Positions 37,062-52,968 of a stretch of DNA of 64,000 bases are shown here, piece by piece. Source of the stretch: Daphnia carinata (taxonomy: Eukaryota); assembly GCF_022539665.2 (NCBI RefSeq), contig NC_081333.1, positions 9,610,001 to 9,674,000 of the forward strand. Reading direction: 5' to 3'. The notes beneath the pieces were generated by a model that saw only the letters and a list, made by a program, of their open reading frames with translations, made no database searches and had not been told where the DNA came from. The first letter of the stretch is position 1. Every line of letters starts with the position of its first letter. The position numbers were made by a program, and so were the translations under genes.

Positions 37062-38594
37062 ATGGCTGCCCAAACCGATAAGGGGGCTGTCGATGGGAGG
37101 GTATCGAGATGCGATCCCGATGAAACCCCAACCCCCACCCCCGTGATAACCAACCATTGTATTAAGCAGCCCATCAGAAAAATAAAGCCCATCCCGCCTC
37201 CACTAGATTTAAGCAAAAGGGGACCACTTGATTTAACCAGCTCAGAAAGTGTTAGTGAATGTGCCAGCTTTTCTGCCAGCCCGAGAAGCCCTGCCAGCTC
37301 AAATCAAAAGCACTTGCCATTTCGCAAAAGGTTTGATATCAAAGTTTTCTTCTAATTTTGCTATGAAACTGTGCTTAAGAACATTTGAATAACTGTATTT
37401 TTATTGCAGAGCATTTAGTTGGACTACATTTCATGATGAAGCTGGTTGCAATTCTCTTAGTCCTGGTCCATCATCAGCGATTATGCAGAGAAGCACATAT
37501 TATGGGTTCATACCCACTAGCCCACATATAAGCCGATTGTCTGTCATTAAACAAGAATCAATCGATCAGCCTGATGTATTTGGTGACTACTTGAGCTCAA
37601 ATGTGGAAGGAAAAGAAGACCAAGAAAGTGTAGCAATTGGAAAATCTTCCAAAGGAAAACCTTGTGTATATTCTGAAGCAAAGAAAGTGATTAATTATCC
37701 TGCTCCCCAAAGTCCTGCCTTTCCCACTCCTGCCACACCCAGCCCACTATCTCCTATGAACTTCCCTCCCACGTCAACTTTTTTCCCACCACATTTTCAT
37801 CCAAAACTTTCTTCATACTCCTGGTCAGGAACATTGCTCAGTCCCGCCCCTTCTTTGCACAGCAGCAGTCAAGAAGAATTAGCCCAGTGTCGTCCTTGGA
37901 AACTGGAGGTACAGCATTCCTTTCGGATGTGTTTGAACTTTACTGTTGCTAAATAGATTATGAAATGGCGTTCCCGTCTCAGGAAAATGAAATGGAGGAA
38001 GAAACATCTGATAATGTTGCTGCCAGCAGAGAGGAATCGGATACATTTCATGGAGGAACCGTTTCACGAGAGGACTACGTACACAGCGAGCCTCAACCAG
38101 GAACGTCCGAGCTATGCGAACGCCTGCAGCGGTAGGGTGTTTCTTGATTTGCGTTTTGATAAACTGGACGATTCATTTCTTTTACTAGGTTCGACTTCGT
38201 CATGCCACCGGCAGTATCCAAGAGTAATGAAAAACGTTATCAGGTCACTAGTGAGGAGGCGGCCACTAGTTTGGCCCCTTCGCCTGCCAAACGCCCAATG
38301 AATGGATTCATGCTTTTCGCTCAAAAATATCGCCTCCAGCTCATCCAACAGTTCCCAGGACGTGATAATAGGTAAGAACTATAATTAAATGGCCCAGATG
38401 GTTTAGATTGCTGCATAACTCTTGTCCTGTGTCATTGCTACAGGGCCATCAGTGTAATGCTTGGCGATGCTTGGAAGCGTTTAAATCCGGGAGAGAAAGA
38501 AGTTTATACTGCAGAGGCACATTTGAGAGCGGAAGAATATCGTCGATTGTTTCCCGATTGCTGGAAGCGTAAGCGTTCCAAATCCACAAGCTAG
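37062..38594 (+). CDS. HBP1: HMG-box transcription factor, HBP1-like
   Basis: C-terminal HMG box KRPMNGFMLFAQKYR..FPGRDNRAISVMLGDAWK..AEEYRRLFPDCWKRKRS matches the HBP1 signature (PGKDNRAISVILG..PDCWKRKR). N-terminal PLDLS and PLDLT motifs. Confidence 0.85.
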
Positions 38595-39048
38595 GCAATG
38601 TTTCTTTTATCATCTTTATACTTCATTTTCACTGTTTCGAATTGTGGGTTGTGGGATCAGATTTCGGCGAGGTGATCATTTCGCAGGTTTTTGCTTCTGG
38701 TTCAGCTCTTACGCGGACTTAAAATGCAGACATTTTAGTTTTGATCAGTCGCGACTACGGAAATTTTAAGAAAAAAACTTTCCTTTCTGTTGAATGGCTT
38801 TGATGTTGCATGTATATATTTGGTAAACAAAAAATTAAGAAAAAAGGGAATTCAGAAGCTAGGACGTCCCGTTGGAATCAACTGCAGCTTAGCTCGCAGA
38901 TCAGGCATTTCGAGATTGTTGGCTTTGTTAAGTTTAAACAGTTGGAACCGTAAGAACCTTTCGTAGGTTATGGGAACTTTTTTGAGGAGGAAGGGGGAGA
39001 GAGGACAAGGAACTGTGCTAGACGGGTGATGTCTGCAAGATCACAAAA

Positions 39049-40845
39049 ACAGGTTTTTTTTTTTTTGGCGATTCCTGTCATTGAGGCTAATCAGAAGCTT
39101 GCTTGTTCGATGTCGTATTTCCCCTTTTTTAAAAATCCGGATAAAGAAAAAAATATTTATTTGATGAAGAGCCAGAAGGCGTTATGTCTATTGGTATGTC
39201 TATTCGGCGACGTCGTTAATCCGCGACAATCAATCAGGATGTGTTACTTTTCTCACCAAATTGTGATAGAAGAGCACAATTGGTTTTCAACGTGAATTCT
39301 TCTCAAATTCGTATAAAAACCTTACTACAAAAAATGCCAATATCCATGATCTCAACAGATTTGGCATTCTACAATCCCTCGTTTTGATTCGACCTGCTCC
39401 TTGAGCTGTTCATTTCTTCTTTCCGCCTTTCTTCTTTCTATGTTTACTTCAATTTGTTCAGCCTCAGTTATCACACACGCTTTTGCAAGAAGACATAAGT
39501 GCATTACAATCATTTCGTTCATTTTTTTTAAACCTTTATTTCCCCTTCCTCTCTATTCTTCTTATTGTTTTCACGGGTATACTTAATCCCCAAAAGGTCA
39601 AAAAACTATCAGTGGTTTCAGTGTCTTCCTCTCGCCATTCTGTCCAATTGAAATGCTGCACAACTCGCCCTCAGCATCAATTTGATAACCTTAATTTCAT
39701 CCTCTGATGCTTTTCGCCTCGTTTCTGAACCAGGTCGAGCGTGATCTCTCTCCGTTTGAACACAGGAAGAAATTGTTCTCTAGAACTAATCGTTTAATCG
39801 TAAAAAAACTAAATTTTAAAAGGGTTATTTGGATACCTCGGTGTGTCTATTTGATGGCAAGTTTGGAAAATTGATTTGTTGGAATGGACATTTAACTAGA
39901 TGTGTATAACCTATTCACAATGTTGTCTTCGTTCTACTTTCTCTTCTTTGGTTTCCGTAAATGTTTCCACGAGGGCCAGTTGAAAAGTGCAACTTTAAGT
40001 TGGAAAGATATGAAAAATACATAATCTAAAAACAAAGTACCTGGGATTTAAAAGGTACAGGTGCCGCGGATTTATTTCTAAATTTCTTCACTTTCAGTGT
40101 ATTTGACTACCAAGAAAGAAAAACAAGGTGGGATTTTGGAAATGATAAAAAATTGAAAAAAACATGGTGGAGAAGAAGTGGACACTCACTTAAAGTCCTT
40201 TCTGTAACAGAACAATAACATCGATACTGGAATTTAAGAAAAATAGCAAACATGAACAATAACGACATCGTGGCTACAGCAGTCTGGAGAAACAGCTTTA
40301 AAAGATTTACAAGATTGTTCTTTTTCCCACACATTTCAACCGAGCTACACCTTGAAACAAAATCTAAACGGGGAAATACGAACCTTTTCCGCTTATAAAC
40401 GCTACGCAGCTGTAGCGTGATTGGTGTGATGTTTACTTTGAACACGAATTGCAACCTTTCCTTCTTTCCTTCTTTAGTATGTAAATGTGACAAAGGTTAT
40501 TCTTTTGACATTCATTTTGTCTCTTCAACGGGCTCGAGGAGTGTAGGCAACTTTTTCCAACTAAGCTCAACACCCCAGATTTCACGGGCGTATTCTGCGA
40601 TTGTCCGATCACTAGAAAATTTGCCAAATGAAGCAATGTTGTGAATACAAATCTTCATCCAGACGCTCTGGTCCTGTATTTTCAAATAGAAAACCACACA
40701 TTACATAACTAAACTCGAACAGTCCAGATGAAAATAAAAACTAAGTTGTTTCCTTGTAAGCCGCATTGACTTTCTCGTGGGCGGCTATATAATCGTCGTA
40801 ATCAGCCGAGCAAAAGAAACGATCGTGATACATGAGGTTGTAAAT
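39049..40845 (-). pseudogene. Tandem duplicate of the glycogen phosphorylase 3' end (partial penultimate exon, intron, last exon, 3' UTR and flank)
   Basis: Aligns to 42279-43600. The last exon (40673-40512) is open and the same length (162 nt). The penultimate-exon donor is mutated GT>GA at ~40751. Carries about 470 bp (39503-39972) absent from the parent copy. Confidence 0.85.
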
Positions 40846-40860
40846 TGAATTAAATAAATT

Positions 40861-42269
40861 GCGAATCGAAACCATTTTCTAGCGCGCCAGTACGCTACAG
40901 CGCTAGCATGACACATCAAACTTCTTTGATTATTCAAAAACTATAAACTCTACGTAAAAACAAATTTCATTATCGTGTTCTTTGTTAAATTTTGAATCAG
41001 AATCATATATAGTTTATCTAGATTTAATGACATTATTTTTTAATAGGACACAATTTTAAGCCCGACAAAATAAGCCCGGCCTTCTGTTTTTTACGGTTAA
41101 TTCAAAATCTATAGGCCCAATATGAAAATATACCTGATTTTCGCGACCAGCGATCAATTTCGAATCAAAATAATGTATTTTTAACCAAATCTAGAATTTG
41201 ACGAAAATTGAAAAGTGAGAAGGCTATAGCCTTCCTACTTTTTCATTTTTGGCCAAATTTCAAATGTGGCTTAAAATACATGATTTGGATGCAGAATGAA
41301 ATGTTAATCACGAATATAAAGTTTATTTTTTAATTGGCCTTATAGTTTTTGAATTAAACAAAAAAAACAGAAGGCCGGGCTTATTTTGTCGGGCTTAAAA
41401 TTTTGTCCTATTAAAAAATAATATCATTAAGTCTAGATAACTGTACATGATTCTGATTCAAAATTAACCAAGAAACACGAAAATGGAAGTTGTTTTTATT
41501 TAGAGTTTATAGTTTTTGAGCAATCTAAAATATAGGGGCGAATCGAAACCATTACTAGCGCGCCAGTATGCTACAGCGCTAGCGTGACATCAAACTTCTT
41601 TGATTATTCAAAAACTATAAACTCTACGTAAAAACAAATTTCATTATCGTGTTCTTTGTTAAATTTTGAATCAGAATTATACATAGTTTATCTAGATTTA
41701 ATGATATTATTTTTTAATAGGACAAAATTTTAAGCCCGACAAAATAAGCCCGGCCTTCTGTTTTTTACGGTTAATTCAAAATCTACAGGCCCAATATGAA
41801 AATATACCTGATTTTCGCGACCAGCGATCAATTTCGAATCAAAATAATGTATTTTTAATCAAATCTAGAATTTGACGAAAATTGAAAAAGTGAGAAGGCT
41901 ATAGCCTTCCTACTTTTTCATTTTTGGCCAAATTTCAAATGTGGCTTAAAATACATGATTTGGATGCAGAATGAAATGCTAATCACGAATATAAAGTTTA
42001 TTTTTTAATTGGCCTTATAGTTTTTGAATTAAACAAAAAAAAACAGAAAGTCGGGCTTATTTTTTCGGGCATATTTTGCCGGGCTTAAAATTTTTTCCTA
42101 TTTAAAAATAATATCATTTAATCGAGATAACTATATACGATCCTGATTCAAAATTAATCACGGAACAAGAAAATGGAATATGTTCTTACGTAGAGTTTAT
42201 GGTTTTTGAGTAATCTAAAATATAAAATTAGGTGCGAATCGAAACTATTTCTAGCGCGCCAGTACGCTA
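40861..42269. mobile_element. Two head-to-tail ~675-bp internally palindromic MITE/foldback-like units plus a 36-bp third start
   Basis: Units begin GCGAATCGAAAC at 40861, 41538 and 42234. Each is a long imperfect inverted repeat centred on AAGGCTATAGCCTT (41220-41233, 41895-41908), with arms AAGCCCGACAAAATAAGCCCGGCCTTCTG and its complement. No ORF. Confidence 0.8.
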
Positions 42270-43264
42270 AGCTTTGTTACAGGTTTTTTTTATGGCGATT
42301 CCTGTCATTGAGGCTAATAAGAAGCTTGCTTATTCGGTGTCGTATTTCACCTTTTTTAAAAATCGGATAAAGAAATAATTATTTATTTGATGAAGGGCCA
42401 GCAGATTTTATGTCTATCGATGTCTATTCGGCGACGTCGTTAATCCGCGACAATCAATCAGGATGTGTTACTTTTCTCACCAAATTGTGATAGAAGAGCA
42501 CAATTGGTTTTCAACGTGAATTCTTTTTCAAATCTTATACAAAACTTTACAACAAAAAAAGAATGCCAACATCCATGATCTCAACAGGTTTGGCATTCTA
42601 AAATCCCTCGACTTTTGATTCGATCTGCTCATCGAGCTGTCCATTTCTTCTTTCTGCCTTTCTTCTTTCTATGTTTACTTCAATTTGTTCAGTCCCAGTT
42701 ATCACACACACGCTTTTGCAAGACACAAGTGCGGGACAGTTGAAAAGAGCAACTTTAAGTTGTAAGAATATGAAAAATACATAATCTAAAAACAAAGTAT
42801 CTGGGATTTAAAAGGTACAGGTGCCGCGGATTTATTTCTAAATTTCTTCACTTTCAGTGTATTTGACTACCAAGAAAGAAAAACAAGGTGGGATTTTGGA
42901 AATGATGATAAAAAATAAAAAAAAATGGTGGAGAAGAAGTGGAAACTCACATTAAAGTCCTTTCTGTAACAGAACAAGAACATCGACACTAGAATTTAAG
43001 AAAAAATAGCAAACATGAACAATAACGACATCGTGGCTACAGCAGTCTGGAGAAACAGCTTTAAAAGATTTACAAGATTGTTCTTTTCCCACACATTTCA
43101 ACCGAACTACACCATGAAACAAAATCTAAACGGGGAAATACGAACCTTTTCCGCTTATAAACGCTACTCAGCTGTAGCGTGATTGGTGTGATGTTTACTT
43201 CGAACACGAATTGCAACTTTCCTTCTTCAGTATGTAAATGTGACAAAGGTTATTCTTTTGACAT

Positions 43265-48578
<5,314 letters not shown>

Positions 48579-49328
48579 GTTGGCGAATAATTACTTCAAA
48601 CTTTGGCTGGATCAAATTTAAGTACAAACGATATATCTGAGTCAAAACTTGAAGAATGGAGAGTCGGCAAGAGGAGCACTGACTTTCGCCTCGATCTGAG
48701 AACGAGTGAAGTCTTGTTTCTCCAACAGAAACGTCTAAAGTAAATCTGTAACAATCCGATATGAACGGGATTGCGTTAAAACACGGGATTTTGATGCAGG
48801 CTGATAAATTGCGGACTTATGTGCGGGGATTTGAATGGACATTTGGCCCAGAAATTGGTGGGCAGGATGCGGGGCGATTGTACACGGGGTCACTTTTCAT
48901 TTTTTTTTTTGCGATATAAAGCACTGCTAGGCGAAAACACACGACTTAGTTATTCAAATTAAATTCAGTAAAAAGTTAAATGCAAAATCAAAAGTCATGT
49001 ATAGTATGTTTCGATAGAACTTCCTTTCAGCTGATAAAAATTCAACGCCATCTAGCGAATTTCTATTATATCGCTTTCAACCGTCGATTTTCTTTAAAAC
49101 AAATACCCGCATGGTTTGTTTACCAGGTACAAGTTTCTTTTCGAAGACATTATATTAGCCAGAAATCGGAAGTCTATAGAATTTATGTACGCCTTGTAAA
49201 TATCTGTTTTATTGTACCCGTGGTACGCTGCTCTTCACATTTCTTAGCATTGTCGTACAGGGTAAAAATTTGAATTCACACAAAATTGGATTGTTTAAAA
49301 CAACATTAGGTTTGCTGCCTTTGAATCC

Positions 49329-50192
49329 ATGATGCTACACAGATCATTGACTGGAGTGCTAGGGCTTGGCAAACAGTCAAAAAGTAAATGGCGTAACTTT
49401 CTACCTGCCTTCCTGAGCACTAAGTCAGATAATATAGAAGATATGCAGAACACTCTTGGTCAACAAGTATGGAATGCCTCTATTAAAAAGTTTCAAGATT
49501 TAGGTTTCTCATTAAAACAAAGTACCAGTATGCTCTTCAATAATCCTGCACTGTCAAGTTACCCAGCCGAACGTCTATGCCACCATTTTGAAGTACTTAG
49601 CTCAATTGGGTTTAAAACAGAAGAAATTAGAGATGTGCTTGCCCGTGAACCAAAAATTTTTGACCGTGACTTTCAAGTACTTAAGAGGAATCATTCAAAC
49701 CTGTTGAGACAAATGGGTGATCATCAAGGAAGAATTGCAGCCATTGGTGCCCCCAATACTCTGATTGACAATAGTTTCATTACTAACCAGAAAATTGACT
49801 ATTGCATCATGGAGATGATGATGAACAAACCAAAAATAGCCAAATCAAGAATCCTTCAGTGTTCTTACAGCTTGATTAAAACTCGGCACATGTTCGCATA
49901 CCGTTCAGGCTTATATAAGAAAATCGACCCGAAGAACAAAGAGGGATTGATAAATAATCCAAGTATCCCTGACCTATTCTTTTGTTCAGACGAGATATTC
50001 CTCACTCTTTTCAAAGGCTTTACTATTGAAGACTATGTCGTTTTTGATTCCTTGATGACGAGCGAAGAAGATCACATAAGTGATGAAGATGAAATGGATT
50101 CAAACGATCACACCGATGGAGATAATTCAGAGGATGAAAAAGATTCAGGCGGGAGCTATAAAAACAGATACTCTGCGCGACGTAACAAATAA
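49329..50192 (+). CDS. MTERF4: Mitochondrial transcription termination factor 4-like
   Basis: Single 287-aa ORF with a presequence-like N-terminus, mTERF-like helical repeats (LSSIGFKTEEIRDVLAREPKIF), IKTRHMFAYRSGLYKKIDPK, NPSIPDLFFCSDEIF and an acidic tail. Confidence 0.7.
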   Translation: MMLHRSLTGVLGLGKQSKSKWRNFLPAFLSTKSDNIEDMQNTLGQQVWNASIKKFQDLGFSLKQSTSMLFNNPALSSYPAERLCHHFEVLSSIGFKTEEIRDVLAREPKIFDRDFQVLKRNHSNLLRQMGDHQGRIAAIGAPNTLIDNSFITNQKIDYCIMEMMMNKPKIAKSRILQCSYSLIKTRHMFAYRSGLYKKIDPKNKEGLINNPSIPDLFFCSDEIFLTLFKGFTIEDYVVFDSLMTSEEDHISDEDEMDSNDHTDGDNSEDEKDSGGSYKNRYSARRNK

Positions 50193-50558
50193 GTTAGTAT
50201 TTACTTTAGAAGTTATATCAGTGAAAATGGAATATAATAATGAAAATCAATTCAAAAGACTCTGTTTTGTATTGAAAGGTAGAAGAAATATGCACATTCA
50301 TGTTTTACGAAGATGTACAAGAAAGGGTGAAACGCAATAGTTACTCAAAGTTTGGACAATGGAGAAGAAATTTTTCGGGGGATAGAAAGAATGCTTTTCC
50401 CTAATTATTTCTCGTTTATTGAGGCAGCAAAGCGTGTGCCAGGTTTCTGTGGCTTATGAATCTTCAAATAGGCAACAGGTCAGTATCAAATATATAAAAA
50501 AGCCTTGAACGAATTAGTTTAGATGACTTTACTGACGAAGCAGAGGTGGTTTTCCTGA

Positions 50559-51021
50559 TTAGTGCACTTTGGTTTCAGTAGATTTCCTATGGTTTTTTTG
50601 CTGATGATGTTGAAGGACCAATTTCTTTCCCGGCTTCGTCGGGCGGTTTTCCTTCGCCCCTCTCCTGTTCTCGGGTTGCGAGTGGTGGGCAGGAGTTGGC
50701 GTTTTAGCAGTTTGGTGAGGGATAGTAGAACCTTTACGGTGTGCCGGAGCTGAACTTTTGCTTGAGGTCGTCCGCCTGTTGGTAGCTTCGGTAGTTGGGG
50801 ACGAGTGAATTGCCCTCCGATGTCGACCGGCCACTTCGAATCCTTCCTCCACTGAAATTGATAATGAAAAACGTTACATACGAAGGCACATAATTTTTTT
50901 CTCTGGTTTTAGTACGTTTACCTAACGCTACTGGGAGTGGATGCCAGGACTCTTCCATAGGCCACAAGAAAACAGGTAAGACACAGAGAAGAAGGAGTGC
51001 AACCACATACAAATGTCTCAT
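50559..51021 (-). CDS. Small secreted basic/His-rich prepropeptide of unknown function
   Basis: Hydrophobic signal MRHLYVVALLLLCVLPVFL. The exon ending PVAL-G|gt splices in frame to ag|TG (VEEGFEVAG). RHRR furin-type site followed by an S/T/H/K-rich tail. Confidence 0.6.
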
Positions 51022-52968
51022 CTAGGATATTATTTTAAATATAATAGCAATAACTTTTGAGGTACACAGGCAACCACAAATTACCTTAGAGCACTTCTTT
51101 CACTGGAGGTACAGTGTCTGAAAGACGAAGTATCCCAAAAACATCAACTTCCAGAAATGAAACTGCTGTGTGTTGTCCAAGGCCTTATATGTGCATGCTG
51201 ACAGACGAAAGGCCGTCTTTGTTCATTGGCTAAAACACAACTCAGAGCTCTTGTTACGAAAATGAAAGAGAAGATAGGAGATCATTGGAAGAAAAGATTT
51301 GGTAGGGGAACCCCACTTTGAAACGTCTCGGCCCGTTTTTCCTTTTTGTCTGGATAGACATTCAGTACCTTTATACTGATGCCTTGACATTTATATGGGT
51401 GACCGTGTTTTGTTATTAACAATAATTGACGTTAAAAGAAATCCATATAATAAAGGTTAGTGATGGCTTTGTGAAAAATTGAGAGGGTGATAATGGTGCC
51501 TGCTGAAATCATATTATTTTATTTCCAGGTGAATTCCTCTACGTAATTTAGGTTCTCCGTGGAGACTGCATAAAAGAAGTTAACTTCCAACCTAAAGGTG
51601 AATAGCACGTATAAGGTATCTGCCATATAAATCAAATTAATTCCTAGACCAACCACCATACTTACTGTATATTTTTTCCCGAGTCTCCTTCAGGGAAAGT
51701 TGAAGGTTTCAAGTGATAGTGGGTGTGACACTCATTCTCGCCGAATAGAAAGAAAGAAAGGCGTCTACGCTTTCAGTCAGCGTGAAGTCGTAACCATAGA
51801 CGACGATTGAAGTCTGGAAAAATAATTTGATAGCACTACTGGAATCAGATACATTCGGAAACCAAAACATAGAGGTACTACTGATATCAGAAGATTTAAA
51901 GATAATGAACGTCAACAGCACTCTTACGAAAGAGGAAGGTAGCTCAATAACTGTCAGTTAATTTGTAGTTGTTGGCTTTTGCCATTTAACATGTCTTTAG
52001 TTATTAGGTGCATTGTTAAATGCGTCGTGACGGAGATAGAAAAAAATTCATTCATTCCGTTGAGACGTTACATCTGGAGAATGCTGCGCGACCCTGGCGC
52101 GAACGCAAAGTCAAAGCGGCTCTGGCAACAAGAAGCTAGACTACACAAGTAAGCGGAATGGGTCACCTTGCATTAGCCATTCACGTTGCCCGTGCACAAA
52201 GTCACGTCCTTGGAGTTCGTTATCCCGTTCTCGCTTTAAATAGATAACTCTGTAAACAAACTTGTAGTGGATATTCAGGCGCAGCAGCGGTCAGACGTGA
52301 CTTACCAAGCAAGCCCGCAACTATTAGTTTAATGCTGGGTACTGCGAGAAAACATTATCTAGTCTAGTTTCGTCATTTCTTCAAAGTTCACAAGATTGAT
52401 AAGGAGAAAAACATAAGAAACAGTGAAATAAACACGCATGCAGGTGCATCAATAATTAGTAATTAATTACCACTACTACATTACCATGAAATGAAACCCA
52501 GTGTATCGTTACAATATTATACCTGCGATGAAGCAAGTGTCTTTGAATAGTCCAGGTTCCTCAGATTTGCTTTGACAGCCGCATTCTGCCTAGTTTTAGC
52601 TGTCTGAAACAATGCCAAGAATTCCAACTTGCGACTGTTCAGCGATAGCAACACATTTTCTTTTCAAAATTTTTGCCGTAAAAACGCTGAAATCGTTTCC
52701 TAATTTTGTATTTCTGTGTTCAGCTAAAAAAAAATAATAGTAATAAAATAAACGCTCGGAACAAGAAAGCTCCCTCACCTAGAGCTCTCTATCAAAATTA
52801 GACTTGAATTTTGGAAAAGAAATACCTGAACGATGAATGTAGCTTAAAAATACGAACGGATCTATATACCAAACGGCAAACTGTTTTCCTGATCGTTAAG
52901 GAATAGTAACAAAGAAAACAAAACGGTTTGGATGAAAGATGAATATAAAAAAAAAACCAGTGACCAAC

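Noticed and set aside
39340..39790. Minus-strand E/K/R-rich coiled-coil-like reading (ITEAEQIEVNIERRKAERRNEQLKEQVESK), partly repeated at 42.6-42.7 kb
   Set aside because: Interrupted by stops and frameshifts with no coherent exon structure or family motif. At most an unidentifiable relic.
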